DNA of 64,000 nucleotides, taken from the NCBI GenBank assembly GCA_002633005.1, contig NMRA01000049.1, positions 1,216,039 through 1,280,038 of the forward strand, written 5' to 3'. This DNA is from Phoronis australis. Taxonomy: Eukaryota; Animalia; Phoronida. This document shows, piece after piece, positions 1 through 14,106 of this stretch. The notes under the pieces were generated by a model. The model was not told where the DNA came from. It worked only from the letters and a program-made list of their open reading frames with translations, and did not search any database. The position numbers were made by a program, and so were the translations under genes. Positions within the stretch are counted from its first letter, which is position 1; every line of letters starts with the position of its first letter.

Positions 1-1168
1 GCTGACGATTATTTTCCGAACACTTCGACTACTGTGGCACGTCCTAGTGGCAGTTTTGTTTGTTTTTGCATCTATGGCTGTATCTCTTAAACCCCTCACA
101 GGAACTTGATGAGATTTGGCAGATGTGTTCCCATAAAGCTGACGACAGATGACAACAAATTTGGGACCTCTCCGACTACTGGTGTGCCCCCTAGTGACAA
201 ATTTTTTTCCGCTTACCTCTGTAGATTTGGAGGTCCTCAACGTATTTTCATAAAATTTGGCAGTTAGGCATCTGTTAAAGAGGTGATGCCATCCTCCTGT
301 TTTCGGACAGATTCCAGGTACTTCGCACCACCTAGTGGCCATTTTTACTGTTTTCGAGTCTGTTTTTTAGCATCCGCCATTCTATCAACCAGAAAATTGG
401 AATCTATGTTCTTACTGTGAAGAGGGCGGCTGATGATTTTCTGATGACTTGTACTACTATGGCACCTCCTAGTGGCAGTTTTGTTTGTTTTTGCGCCCAT
501 GGCTGTATCTCCTAAATGCACTACAGGATCTTTATTGAATTTTCTGGTGTATTTATATGAAAGTTGACAACAGAGGATGACGAATTTCAGACGGATCGGG
601 CTACCGGTGTGTGCCCTAGTGGCAATTTTAGTTTTTTCATTTACCTCTGTATCTTAAAAGGTTGCCTATGGATTTTCTTAAACTTTGGCAGTTAGGCATG
701 TAGTAGTGAGGTGACGCTATCATCAGGTTTTCGGTAAAATTTGAGGCATTTTGCGCCATCTTGTGGCCATTTATACTGTTTTCGAGTCCTGTTATTTTAC
801 GTCTCTCCCTCTGTCAACCAAACCACTCTAAGGATGGTTGTGGAAATTGGCATGTATGTTCCTAATGTGAAGAGGAAGTCTGACGATTTTCCGATGACTT
901 TGTCTACTTTGGCGCCTCTTAGTGGTAGTTATGTTTCTTTGCGTTTATAGCCTCTTAGTTTCAATTTCATTTTTTTGTTTTCCTCTGTTTTCTCAGAAGT
1001 TCCTTGACGGATTTTTATGAAATTTGGTAATTGCTTTGATGACACATACAAGTTTTTGGATGGATTCATGATCTAGTTGCCATTTTATGTTCCAAATAAA
1101 CACCCCTAGAAGCACAACGTTAGCGGTGCATTCGTGGGCGCATTTCAATGCTCCGCGTTGCTCTTGTT
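1..1168 (+). repeat. 3' part of a tandem-repeat-containing non-autonomous element (Helentron/HINE-like), in a CDC40 intron
   Basis: A CCTAGTGGC-like motif recurs at ~43, 190, 331, 469, 616, 761 and 920 (~140-160 bp period). The best similarity is at a ~427-bp three-unit period (41-120 vs 467-545). It ends in GTGGGCGCATTTCAATGCT..GTTGCTCTTGTT, a terminus also seen at ~14074-14106. The family assignment is inferred from architecture only. Confidence 0.6.
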
Positions 1169-1377
1169 GGGATTGTTGTTGGATGGAATAAACTTGTTGA
1201 AGTTATTGGCTTTGACCACAGCTATAAAGCAATATTGTTCGTTGAATGTGTTTTTATTTGTAATTTATTATGAATTGCCAATTCTTACCACCATTGTCTG
1301 TCCGTCATTGGCTGAAAGTGTGCCAGTGTCTTTACCATTTAAATACGTTTAAAATACTCTGCTACTATACATTAAAT

Positions 1378-1445
1378 TTGGCTCAGCTGCTGAGCATTTG
1401 TCTGTTACTGCAGAACTAGTAGGTTTGAATCCGTGGTGCTACTAA
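1378..1445 (+). repeat. degenerate tRNA-derived SINE head / tRNA-like relic
   Basis: A-box-like TGGCTCAGCTG and B-box-like GGTTTGAATCC at tRNA spacing, followed by a T-rich tract. No clean cloverleaf. Confidence 0.35.
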
Positions 1446-1582
1446 TTTATTTTTAATTGTTTTTTCAGTTAGACTGTCCTTTTAATGTAGAGCTGCTTAT
1501 CTTTTAACATTATCTTACTGCAGTGCAGCATGAAGTTTGTCCAGTTCATCCTTGAATTACCTGTGTTTTATATTGCTTTCAG

Positions 1583-4500
1583 GCTATGCAGTAGACCCCA
1601 GTGTAGGAAACTCGGGTATTGAAGGAGAGAAATTAATTGGGAATGTATCGTCTGCTGAAGAATCGAAAGGTAATATCTCGAATGATGTTCTATGACATCT
1701 TTCAGAAGTATTCATTCAGCTGCCCTGTTTTCTTAATCGCAAATTGGCTGAATGCTTTGGTGTCATGAGTTTGAAAAACTACAGGAACTCTGGTATTTGT
1801 GGAAGATTTGTAGTGGGTGAAATGTCGCAAGTGATCAAGAAACCATTCCTTACTGACACACAGAAGGACACTACCATTGTTCAACATGTTCAGTTCTGTC
1901 TTTACTACATTGTGGCTTTTGCTTTTACGTTTTCCATTTCAGCAAAATCTTACACGACAAGTTACTACCCCAATGTACTTTGCACGTGGACTTGAAAATT
2001 CAAAACTTGACTAGCGTTGTATGTGACCAAACTGATATTCCTTAGACAGTGTCATAGCAACTGTGTCTAACCAGTTCATCTTTCCAACATTTGTTTTTGA
2101 CTTCCGAGTGATATAGACTAGTTACAATACACTTGTGATTTCAACAGGTCTGACTGTGTTTGAAGCTAGCGCGAAACGGGCTGGTGACAAGAGAAAGAGG
2201 TTACGAAACAATGACCCGTCGGACATAGATGGCTACCTGGGTCCGTGGGGCAAATTTGTAGATGAGAAGACAGTCGCTACTCCTAATGAGGTATTTCACC
2301 ATTTGATGTGTGAATTGTTGAAATGCTTAGTGTCACTGATTTTGGTCGTGCGCATACAGAATGTCAGTCACCATGCAATAACAGTGTCCGTATTTTATCT
2401 CTTACAAATTTATCAGCTTACCAAATGAAGTAGTTTTGTTTGTTTCATCGGTTTTTATTAACATTATACATCTGAGTGATTTTTGTTGCTCCAAGCTATT
2501 CGTTGGTTGACCCGTTGGTATAGTGTGAATAGTCGAAATCCATGTTGAGTAATTTTCTCATTGAAGGAACAATTTGCACATACCTAATGAGACGTGTTAG
2601 CCGTAAACTCCATGCATAATTTACCTAAAGATCACCGCATCATCCAGCTGTGCTTGATGGGTGTGCCTGATGGGTATAACTACATAATATCTCACTGACT
2701 GTATTCAGCAGAAACATAGTACACATGGTCTGCCCCATTATTTTAGGAGGACAGTAAAGTTCTTCAAGAAATTCTGGCCAAGAGACAGAAGAAGGGTAAA
2801 CAGGTGGAGGAGGCACCAGCGGAAGAGAAAACAACACTGCACAGTGAGTAGCTGGGGCCACTGTTGGGCAATAGGACTTGTTTCTTGAATGGTCTGGTTT
2901 GGCTGACACATGTGTTGGATTATGGGAAGTTAATTGTTGACAGATATACCAGGGAATGCCATCCTGGTTCAGTTTTATGTGCCCAGATATAGAGTAGAAG
3001 GTAAAGTGATCGGACAAAATACCGTTACCCTGCATGCGGGCTTATTCTGTTGACAGCAAACGTAACTGGTGAGAACTATTAGGATGGCAATATTGTAATT
3101 GCAAAATGATTTAGCCACCTTACTATCCTGTTTATTCCCTTTCATTCTGGAAGATTCTGCTGACGATGAATAAGGCATTAGACCAGCAGTAATGATAGGG
3201 AATTCTGGGTCATTTTGTCTGAATACTGGAAGTCCTGGCCTACAAATGCAAGAGTGGGAAATGAAATAAGCTAACCTGAAGTGAAAAATCTGTGGACACA
3301 GCAAACATCCATTGGTCTAATGAAAGATTGGAAGTGCCTTGCACATGTTCACGTCCTGAGGCAGAAGCGCCCAATCGTCGTTCGTTACCTGTGCATGACT
3401 CATATACAGGCCCTTCAGATTTTTTGCCAGGCGATTCCATCTTCCGTAGTATTTTTAGTGCGTGCTCGGATGTGTGCCTGTTGACCTTGGATTTTTATCA
3501 AGTCGCCATACAAAACTGGAAGTTGCATTGGCGACCTGCAAGTCCCCACATTGAGCCCTGAAAATATTTTAAAATTATGCAAAATTGCCCTCTGATCTAC
3601 AAATTTCCCCTTGAATGATTAAAAATTCCCTTCAATGTCATTTTCTCGTTTAGCTAAAAGCAGACCCTCTGCTTCAGAAGATTTTATTTATTGTGGAAAT
3701 CCTCACTTCAAGGCATGCCTTTCCAGTGTTTATAGGTTCTACGTAGAGAACAGAATGTATTACATAGTATTGTGCAAGAAAGTAACTTGGGGGAATCCAG
3801 ACTACCTGCCACACTAGCTACATAAACTTAAGGCTAATTCCAAGGAAAAAACATTCATGTGCTCTGATGCTTTAGTCAGAACCTATAAGGGATGGCAACT
3901 GGGTGGAATATTGGTGGTTGCCTGGGGGCTGGGACAATTTTCCCCTTGCCCAAAAAAACTTTTCAGAAAGCGCAGGCACCTTTCAGGTGAGCGAAAGCGT
4001 TGAATGTGAGACTTGTTTGTTGTGTAAGAATGTTATACTAGATAGTTTTCATCCCGTATTAGGGTAAGCCTGTGTTTGTGAATCCACTGGTTTGCTGTAA
4101 CACATGATTCTAATGTACAAGTAAGGCAACCTTCTGCATGAGCCACGGTATATAAAATTTTTAAAAAAATTCATATTTTTTAAAACTTAAAATGCATGTC
4201 ATATAATTTGTATTTCCTTTACAGTCAAAGATGCTCTGGACTACCAGGGTCGGTCATTCCTGCATGCGCCACAAGATGTCGGTGTCAACCTGCGCTCAGA
4301 TGAGCCGCCAGAGAAGTGCTTTATTCCCAAAAAACTCATCCACACCTGGGCGGGGCACACCAAGGGGGTTTCTGCCATACGGTTTTTCCCTCAAACTGCA
4401 CATTTGTTGTTGTCGTGTAGTATGGATTGTAAAATAAAGGTAGGTGTCTGCTAGTGTAAATGTATTGAATTAGATAAAGTGCGTGGTTTTTTTGTCTTGA

Positions 4501-7500
4501 GCACAGTAAGCAAAAAATCAACAGCCACTTGTTTTAATTGATTTCAAGTTTTTGTTACTAAACATTGAGAAGTATTAACTCTTTCAAAAGCATACATAAC
4601 ATATTGTAATGTTAGACCCCAACCTCTGGAACAGAGTACTTCCAAACTATTTATATTCTTGCTAAGCAACATGCGCACTGTTCTGTTTTGCATGTTGTAG
4701 TTGTGGGAGGTGTATAACCAGCGGCGACTTATTCGAACATACAACGGGCACAAGCAGGCAGTGCGAGATATCTGCTTCAGTAACGACGGAAAACAGTTCT
4801 TGAGTTGTGCTTACGACAGATACTGTAAACTATGGGACACAGAGACGGGTATGTAAATTTTTTTTCAAAGGTGTGGTAAAAGTGCTCTAGACTGGCAAAC
4901 CCATATGGCGTGATATTTCTTGCTTGTCTGCTTTTCCGCTCAGCCATTGAAATTAACTTAATTTAATACCCTTGATAATTTAATGCACTCATCTACTGTG
5001 CATTTGAACTTGTAAATATTTCCGACTGGGCCCCACTTGGAATTCAGTGTATTCATTGAACTTGCTACCCAGTTATTTAAACGTTAATAAAAGTGTATTT
5101 CTTGAAAGAATAATGAGCAGTAACCACTTATCATCCAAAATTTTAATAAATGACATTTGATGACCTTGCATGTTGAAAAATGGTCTTTCATTTATTAGTA
5201 CATGGGTGGCGCACCATAGGGGCTGGGTGGGGCTTTAGTCCCCCACTTTTTTCACTGCTGCACCGCCCATGTAGTATATTATAAAACAATGCTAAAAAAA
5301 CACAAAATACGTGCACCTTGCAAAAGCATTATTTTTAATAGTACATTAAATTTATTTAAATTATCAGTTGCAGCACACTTTATGTCTTTCTGTCTGTGGA
5401 AAAATGTAATACATTTATTAAATACATATTTCCAACATTTTCAAATAAAATCTTATGTAGTTCTTGTTAGTCTGTCCAAATCAGAAGAATTCGTGAGAAT
5501 ACGGTATTTAGTGAAAATGTATTCAGGTCTGATGGCCATTACACTGTTCAGTTTATTTTTCACCTTACTTTCCAGGTGAGTGCATTAGTAGGTTTACAAG
5601 CAGGAAGGTACCTTATTGTATCAAGTTTCACCCTGAGGATGATAAACAACACCTGTTTGTAGCTGGGACGTCTGACAAGAAGATAGTCTGTGTATGTATG
5701 GATTTTGTGGATGCAAGACCACTGAAATTATTCAGTGTATGGCAGATGTTTCTTGATTTTTTTAAATTTAATAAATGATTAGATATAAAATACTCCGTTT
5801 CTGTTGAGAATTAACTTGTTGATAGTTATAAACTTTTGTAACCTGTACTCGTTAAGTTTTCGTTTGGGCACTCTGGCTCTCATGAAAAAAGCTCACCATG
5901 TAAGTCACTCCTGGACACACCTGTTGCTAGTCTGTCATTTGTGCGTATCGTGAAGGGATTTTCTCCTCATGCATCATGAGCGCAGAAACTTGACTGTGCT
6001 GGAATATTTTTAGCTGTGCAAACTAACATGTTGAGAAACCAGAGCTAACTGTGTCCAAGTTCATTGAGGTTATGTAAGACCTTATTAACAAATATGTAGA
6101 AGACTAAATTTTTAACTCAGTGAAAGTATATATTTTCTGCTTTGTTTTTGACTTCATCAATCTGTTATTAATTGGATCAAGTGACTTTGACTTCAAAATT
6201 TAGCAAAAAATAAAGGCATATTCAAAATAAAACAATTGCATCGATACCATGATCAAGTTTTATTTGATAGAAATTTTCAGTTAGATATCAAAAAGTCTGT
6301 TGCAGCTTTCTTAGATATCATTTCGCTTTGTTTTATGCAACTTTGAAGATTTTTCATGAAAATCATAAAAGTCCTTTTTTGATAGCTCCTCATGCAGAAG
6401 TGTGACTTTTTAAAAACTAAGTGTTAGGAGAACAGTGCATTAACCATAGGATCCATAAGTTTCGTAAGAATACAATTATTCATTTCTGAGACATGTTCCA
6501 AAGTCAGTCAAATTTGTCAATTTTACAGGGTCCTACATTGCCTTAAAGAGTACAGCAAAAATCTTTCATTTCCTTTGCCAGAGCCTCAGTATGATGATTG
6601 CTGGGCTTAAGTTTTACATATTATTAAACTTGCACAATCATACCATTTGTTAATTTGTGTTTGCTAACTGTTGTCATTTCAGTGGGACACCCGATCGGGT
6701 GAAATAGTTCAGGAATATGACCGTCACCTGGGAGCAGTAAACTCGATCACTTTTATTGACCAAAACAGAAGATTCGTATCAACATCTGATGATAAGAGCC
6801 TGAGGTTATGGGAATGGTAAGCTGGTCATGATTGTTAAAGTTATTGCAAACTCCTCTTCTGCCAATCAATAGAATTTGTAATTTAGGCCACATAGAGTTA
6901 ACATGAACTTGGCTTGTTTCCATGTCACATCTGAGTAAGGAGCAGGTTGAGGCCAACTGTGTGTAAAGCAGTGTAAATCAAAAGTTTGCTTCTTTGACAC
7001 AACATGTATAGGTCTGTATTTCAACAGAAGCTCACCTTTATTCTTCTGGTCATTGCCATGATAATCATTAAGACTTGCTTTCTTTTGTAGGATCAGTAAA
7101 CTGCATATTATATGTTTTTGTTTTCGTTTGTTGAAAAGATGAAACCAATTTTATTGTGACGTTTCCTGTTGTTGGTAGTACATGGTTGTATGCCTGTGAT
7201 TTTGTCATAAGTGTTGTTATATTGAACAAAGAGCACATAACACAATTTCCTTGTGATCAACCTTCGATAGTTGTCGGCAAATCTTCAGTCCTGAACGAAA
7301 TCTTTGTTTACCAGATGACGTGATTTTACACCCATACAATTAAGAGAAATGCTAAATGAATCACTCTTTGACTCTTTTGATACATTAACCTATTGGCGAC
7401 AATAGTGTTTCCAGTTTGTTGTCCCTCAAGTTTGTACGATTGCATCACGCCCATTTTGTGTTGTAATTCCTACATCAGATTGAACTCATTTTGTTAATCT

Positions 7501-10098
7501 GAAATCACACTTATTGACCACCTTAGCAGGCCACAGAAGCCAAAATAAAGATTTCTGTAAATAAAAAGAAAGAAGTGGGGGTATGATATCATTCAGAGAA
7601 TTATCAATTTAGTGCATATTGCTTATTGTAGCTGTTGCTGATGTCATTAGCTTATTGTGTGAATTTGTGATGTGCTTTTTGGTGAAGGACAGTGCAAAGG
7701 GGGTAAGGCAAGGTAGAATGTAAAAGATAAGAATTTTCTTAACATCAACAATGTGGAAAGCTTTTATTGAAATCGACAATCTGAACACAAATGACAGGTT
7801 TTGGATCACAAATTTCTTCGCAAAGTTCAATGTACACAATCAACTTTCACTTTCTGTGATTAACAATATACGTGAACATTAGAGAAATAGCACACTTTGT
7901 ATGAATTGTTGTCTGACATGCCATGTTGTGATTGAATCATCTCTATTCATTCTCTAGGGACATCCCTGTGGACTACAAGTCTATAGCTGACCCGACCATG
8001 CACTCAATGCCTGCGGTCACTTTGTCCCACAATGCCAAGTGGTTGGCGTGTCAGTCAATGGACAATACTATTATGATCTTCGATGTCCTCAACAGAATGA
8101 AGTTCAAGAGGAAAAAGATTTTCAAAGGACATATGGTATGATCAATACTGTAGTTTTTAGGGTAAAACTTGACGAAACCACGTCAAAAGTTTTGGCAAAT
8201 TTTGCTAAGGGAATTGGAAAGCAAAGTAAATAACATATTATTTGAGGATTATCTTAAGTTTCAAAGTTTGGAGGTTGAGACAAATCTTAAGACAAGTCAA
8301 AAATGAACAGAAGTTGATTTCTTACAACAGGACCCAGTTCTATTACTTTCGTAAAGTCTATTTCATAATACTCCTTACTATGATAGGATTCCATTTCCAT
8401 CAATATTCGCAGACAATGCAAACGTGTATCATTTTCAAATTTGCAATTTTAGGGTTGGCGAGCCCCAATATGCTTCAAAACATTTTCTTGAGTCGCTGAT
8501 TTTTTGATGTTTTGAATAGAATTCCACCTTGGTAAGGAATATTATGGGATGGATTTTGTGAGTAAAAGGCCTCATTGGATACTTGTTCTTTTAGTCCAAT
8601 AAACAAGGCTGAGTCCAACTTTAACAGGAATATGGGTACAGTGGTAGTTCATTGGTTGAAATGGGCAACACAGTGTACAGCAGGAACAGTTACTGAAAAT
8701 TTCCGAACAATTGTTGATTTAATTCTACTGTAGAACTATTGCTTGCAACATGGTTAATGGGTGTGTTCGTGATTAGAAACTATATCCTGTGTTTTTCTTT
8801 GATGTATTGTTAGATAAGAGTGTTTCAAAAAGAAGTGAAATTTTGTTAAACATTACAAATTTCATTGTGGTGCGAGTTTCATGTCATGAATATCATAAAA
8901 TATTTGAAGAAATATCATTACTCTGGTGCCGTAGTAATGCTGGTTTGTACAAATTTCCCACGTACTTTATTGAAAGCTTTGTTATGTTTATTAAGTGAAC
9001 TTTTTCTTCACTAGGTGGCAGGCTATGCTTGTTCCCCAGATTTCTCCCCTGATATGAGGTGAGTTATATTTTGTGAAATCTGTCTAACTCAAAACATTGG
9101 GAATCATTTAATAAGTGTTTGAAACTGTGGAGAAAATGTGAAGTTAAAAGTACGGTATGTTTCTAAAAACAGAATGATGTACTGGCAAGTGTCATTCACT
9201 GAAGTCTGTTAATGATTTATGTTATCATGCCACTTGGGAGACTTCTATTTTGGCAGTTTGATGACAGAGTATAGAATTGTATTTTGCCCTAGTTAGTTGG
9301 TTAATGATCAAAAGGAAATCAAGCCTATTGATATAAAATCTTTTGCAAAGAATTCCTTACTTACTGTTATAGGATTCCTTTTCTGTACCCAAGTCAAGTC
9401 ACAAGCAACGCATACACGTACCATTTTCAGAATTCATCACTTAGGGTAACTCAGATGAGTTTTCTTGAGTTGGTGATGGTTTCGATGTTTTTGTTGGTAA
9501 CGGAAATTGAATCTTATCATGAAATCAATTTTGTAAGAGTAAAAAACCCATTTCAATTTCTGTAAGCTAGCTAAACAGGGCGAAAGTCAGCTTAAATGTT
9601 TCCAGGATCTTCAATTGTGTTATTTTTAGTGACAGGCTTGAATGTGTAACTGACTCATGTATTTGACACAAGACTTGGAGTTTGGGGTCAAAACTGTTCG
9701 GTAGTAGGCTTACAAGTTTTCTTCATTGCACGTTTTTGCCTAGTATTCAGTAATCTTGTTCCATAGTTTTTTCTGAACAGACTGCAATGGGTCTCTTAAA
9801 ATCATTGTTTTGTTGGTATTCGTTCTGAATGATGTTATTAATCTTATCAACTAAATAGCATGGTTTATCATGCTCGTTTCACTGTGTTACTATTTTACCA
9901 TTCATCTGTCTCTGTTTTAGTTACCTAATATCAGGCGATGCTGATGGCAAGGTGTACGTGTGGGATTGGAAGACAACTAAACTCTACAGCAAGTTCAAAG
10001 CTCATGATGATGTAGTGATTAGTGTACTCTGGCACCCACATGAGACATCCAAGGTGGCCTCAGCAGGATGGGATGGAGTCATTAAGTACTGGGATTGA
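1583..10098 (+). CDS. CDC40: pre-mRNA-processing factor 17 (CDC40/PRP17, WD40 splicing factor), 5'-partial, 10 coding exons
   Basis: Exons 1583-1669, 2148-2290, 2747-2843, 4225-4439, 4701-4848, 5576-5691, 6683-6816, 7958-8135, 9015-9058, 9921-10098 (TGA), all GT-AG with consistent phases. The spliced protein YAVDPS...GLTVFE...[15 protein letters not shown]...[20 protein letters not shown]...[11 protein letters not shown]...HSMPAVTLS...[22 protein letters not shown] matches the known CDC40 sequence throughout. Confidence 0.97.
5201..5271. mobile_element. 71-bp miniature inverted-repeat element
   Basis: TIRs CATGGGTGGCGCA / TGCACCGCCCATG, flanked by a TAGTA direct repeat on both sides. Confidence 0.6.
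5995..6546 (+). mobile_element. non-autonomous DNA-transposon relic ending CC|TTAA (Kolobok-like end), related to 41291-41905
   Basis: Shares blocks CAAGTTTTATTTGATA, CTCCTCATGCA and AGGGTCCTA...CCTTAA with the reverse complement of 41291-41905. Confidence 0.5.
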
Positions 10099-13000
10099 GT
10101 TACTTTGTTCAAGACTGACAATGAACATGCAGCTCAATGGATGTTGTTGATCAACGCCTTACCATTGAATGACTTAATGCATTGTATGTTGTTGATACAT
10201 GCCTTACCATGGGATAACATAACTGGACAAATGTCAATCCATACATTCACATATGATGTGTAGCTGGCGACGTTGATCTACTTTCCATCAAATGTGGTTA
10301 TTTCACCAAACGTTACATTCAATATGTAGCTCAACAGTTAGTGTTGATCGGCACTTTGTCACTGAATGCCTAGTCCAACTGATGTCGCGGTGTGTTACTG
10401 GACTCTTATTTACCCGATATAATTTCAGCACACCACTCTGTTCCAATGCAGGTCATCAGGAGAGTATTACTCTTGATACTTAGTGTATTACAATATTGTT
10501 CAACCTATGCATTTCCCTCCTTGATGTTATCACGCCATCAAATGTTCAGTCGTGTGCATTCCCATCTTGGTACAACTGAGGCAGACTTGAGGATTACAAC
10601 AACTTAGTAGCGCTTCAATAAGAAATTCCATTTTTAATTTGCACTCTTAAGACATTATTGATAATTACGTTAGGCCAAAAAAGCATAGCTGGTTCTGGAC
10701 TGTTTTTTTTTTTGGAAAATCTAGTCATGGTGCAGTATTTTTTGGTTGCTCACTTTTTCAAGGAAGAAAATTCCCTTGCGACGAGCAAAAATGATGCAGG
10801 ATATTTGTAACACTCTGCTGGGCAAATCATGGCATTTCAAACCATGTTTACATTTTTACCTTTCTGCAATTTTTCAATAATAAAAATGGATCTTGGCTGA
10901 AATAAATACTGGCGTTTTTTTTTTTTTAGTTGATCAGTGCAGATCTCAATGAGTTGGGTTACATACCAGAACCATGTTTTCCCCTAGTTAGATGTGTGCA
11001 GGTAAACATCTTATTGAAGTTGTTTAAAATCAACGGTCAATTGACTTATATGTGCTATGAATTGTGGGAAGTGTCAAATGCCTAACAATGGATGGTTACT
11101 GGTGACAGGTTGATTAAAATATTTAATTTTTCACATTCAGTGTAACTGCCAGAAGTTATTTCATGAAAGTTGACTAAAAATTGTGTGTGACCTGATCGAC
11201 AAGTCTTTGTATTTGGCCAAATATCTATGAATTAGATTTTTATCATTTTGTTAGCCCCTCTTACAAAAGTGGACTATTTTAATAAACAATTCCTAATAGC
11301 CTTTTGGAGAATAGTGCATAGTACTGAATCCCATCAGCCATTTTTGAAACATATTGTTCTGAACTTAGCCCAAATGTGGACATTTTCCATGCCTCTACAT
11401 AATGTTAAGGCTAGAGTTTTGTTGTTATCACATCATGGTGTAACAATAATATAATTATGCAAATTAATTAACCTATACCTATGATTACATGCGACTCTGC
11501 ACTTTGCAAAAATGGGTGCGTGGTGTGATGGTCAGTATTCGTCAAACTGAAGATAACCAAAAGCTGGAACGTTTTGTTCGTGTGAGCACAATGAAATATT
11601 AAATCAATTCAGATGATTACCCAACTGAACTAGCTAACACAAGGAGTGTTCACTCAAGTATGCGCAGTCCAAATTTTCGTCTTTTCCATGAACGGTCAAT
11701 TGTCACATTTTGTTCCTTATGTTGATGGCATGATGTATACTGACCAACCAAATAATCATGGAAACTAAATATTATTAGAACTCCGTCTCGTCGTGATTAC
11801 GGCCGCAACGGTGAAATGTGTGACTGAATAAACAACTCCTTATTTTTAATACTTTATTGCATTTGTACAAATACATAAAATTCATCTCCACATTACCAAG
11901 TGCATTGATTATCACCAATTTGCTGTGCGTTGGCTAGCCGACTACTTTTAAAGAGACTATAAACCCATCTTCCTAATATATGAATTGATGTACACCACTC
12001 GCAGTTTGTAATTAGTCTTAACCTGTCCCTTACTCAAGTTATAAGTGACTTCTGGGCATTGCAATGAAATGGCAATTTATCATTGCTTCAGACCTGACTC
12101 ATTAAAGTGGTCTTAACCAATAACTGTCAGCTTCATTCCAAGCCATGAACCCACTATTTATCTTAGTAAGGAGAAAGTACAGACCAGTTTCATGGCGCTG
12201 GAATGGTTTGTTTTGATGGCAGAACATGGGTTTATAGACACTTTACCTTCACAACACTCGAGCATTAAATAATTATAAGGCACATGGTGTACATCATACT
12301 GGACCTGGTGTATCCTCATATTTGGCATGCTGCCCACCCCTGAAACTTTCAAATTTTTACATGTAACCCTTGTCTGGCTTGCCACCCACCCCAATTTATA
12401 CAAATAAGTCTTCCTTGAAAGTGCCCATCTTTGTGCACACTTGTCTTGTACATGTGAATCCAACATCAATGTAGCTCCTTGGGCTGTGACTCTGTCAACT
12501 ATTTCAGTACAGCCCTAAACCAAACATTAATTTTAAGCACACACTTGGCATCCACAATTTTTAATTTCCCCAATTAATGCACCTTAGGCGGTCACCCTGA
12601 CAGGTACAGTATTTTTACATGAGCTGAGCTACATTCATTTTGCCAATCTTATATCACAGACAATTGTGTGAATATGCAAACTACTTCAGTTCTATTAAAT
12701 TCTAAGACACTTATTCCACTTCCTTAACTCACACTTGGTATTTCATGAGATGACACCACCACACCCTGTCAGTCAGTACTTCACATACATCCCGATCAGA
12801 CCACAATGTTTATCAAACATGAAACAGACTGGCATGCTTTACCTAAGCAGCAAGTTGCACGTCTGCTCAGCAAAAGCCACAGACAATTCATAAGTGTCAA
12901 GAGTCTGATACGTTGACCTCAGTTGCCATCAAGCTCCAGAATGAGTGCTGTGTAATCAACTACTTCAAAACGGGTAGGCACTGTGGAGGAAGAAATTCCA

Positions 13001-13139
13001 GCATCACCCAGGATCAAGCCAAGCAATTCTAAAGCGCGTAAACAAAAACTCCTTATAGGAAGCCTGAAGAAAACTGCCCCGTGCAGTTGTTGAAGGAGGA
13101 GATTTCAAGTCCTGAAGTTAGGATGACCAAAGTTGATCT

Positions 13140-13760
13140 ACTGGAGACCAAATGAGGGAAGTATCAGAAGTTTGCTGAGGAACAGAAAAAGGCAACTTTG
13201 GAGGATGCAGAGAAATGTGGTACCTGGGCCGCGACTTCTACTTTACAAATTGCCTCAAAAAACAATTGCAACATTTAAAGTATCCACTGGAAAAAAACAG
13301 CACAAAACGAATTTGCCAAGATCTACAAACATTTACCATTTATCAGCTTATTTACCGAGGAAATCGCATGAGGAACTTTGGAAGAAATTAATACCATGGC
13401 CAATCCAGGCCTTTTGAAAACTGCATGGGCTGACAGCAGCTTTAAAACAAAAACTGCCAGCTTGTTGAAAAACTCAGATATACTTTTGGCGTCGACTGGA
13501 GGGATACCGTTACACTAACACACAAACTTAGTGTCGACATTGAGCTCCACGCTAGAAAAGTATCGAAGTTCAGACCGATATCATCATTGAATTACAACTA
13601 GAACACAAATTGAAAGCTCAAAATTTGGATGGTGATGTCAGTGTCAATGAGTTGGGCAGTGAACTATTAGCGAGTGAAGGTGAACTAGAAGATAAGGAAG
13701 AAATCTATCTCCACGATATATCTGAGTACACGCTTTGCATTCTCTACAAGCTTACGTCTC
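13140..13760 (+). pseudogene. decayed transposon-like ORF with a helix-turn-helix-like segment
   Basis: Frameshifted reading GKYQKFAEEQKKATLEDAEKCGTWAATSTLQI(P)QKTIATFK resembles the N-terminal HTH of pogo-type transposases. An acidic segment follows downstream. Many stops. Confidence 0.3.
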
Positions 13761-13799
13761 GTACTACAGTGAGTGATCCAATGCCTACCCAGGCCACCA

Positions 13800-14106
13800 T
13801 GAGCGCTCCAGCCCGTCACAATAAGTAACCCGACGGTTACCCATTCTATCATGATTGACTTTCACCCGATGCTCACCTGTGACCCAATACTTGCCCACTC
13901 TATCATAAGTCACCCAAAGCTCACCCATGCTACCGTAAGCAACCTGATTCTTGCCCATTCTATCAAATTACCCGATGCTCGCCCATTCTACCACAGCTGT
14001 GGTTTTCTCTACTGGCATTTGACATATTTTGTGCCATTTTCAATGCTAATAAATATCCCATTGGCGGCACAGCAGTGGGCGCATTTCAATGCTGTGTTGC
14101 TGTTGT
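13800..14106 (+). repeat. degenerate ~30-bp minisatellite followed by the same terminal motif as the element at 1-1168
   Basis: Units like ACCCGATGCTCGCCCATTCTATCA, then GTGGGCGCATTTCAATGCTGTGTTGCTGTTGTT. Confidence 0.5.

Noticed and set aside
1378-1445. Functional tRNA gene (also 54870-55000)
   Set aside because: A/B-box-like motifs only; the stems do not pair into a cloverleaf. Treated as SINE relics.
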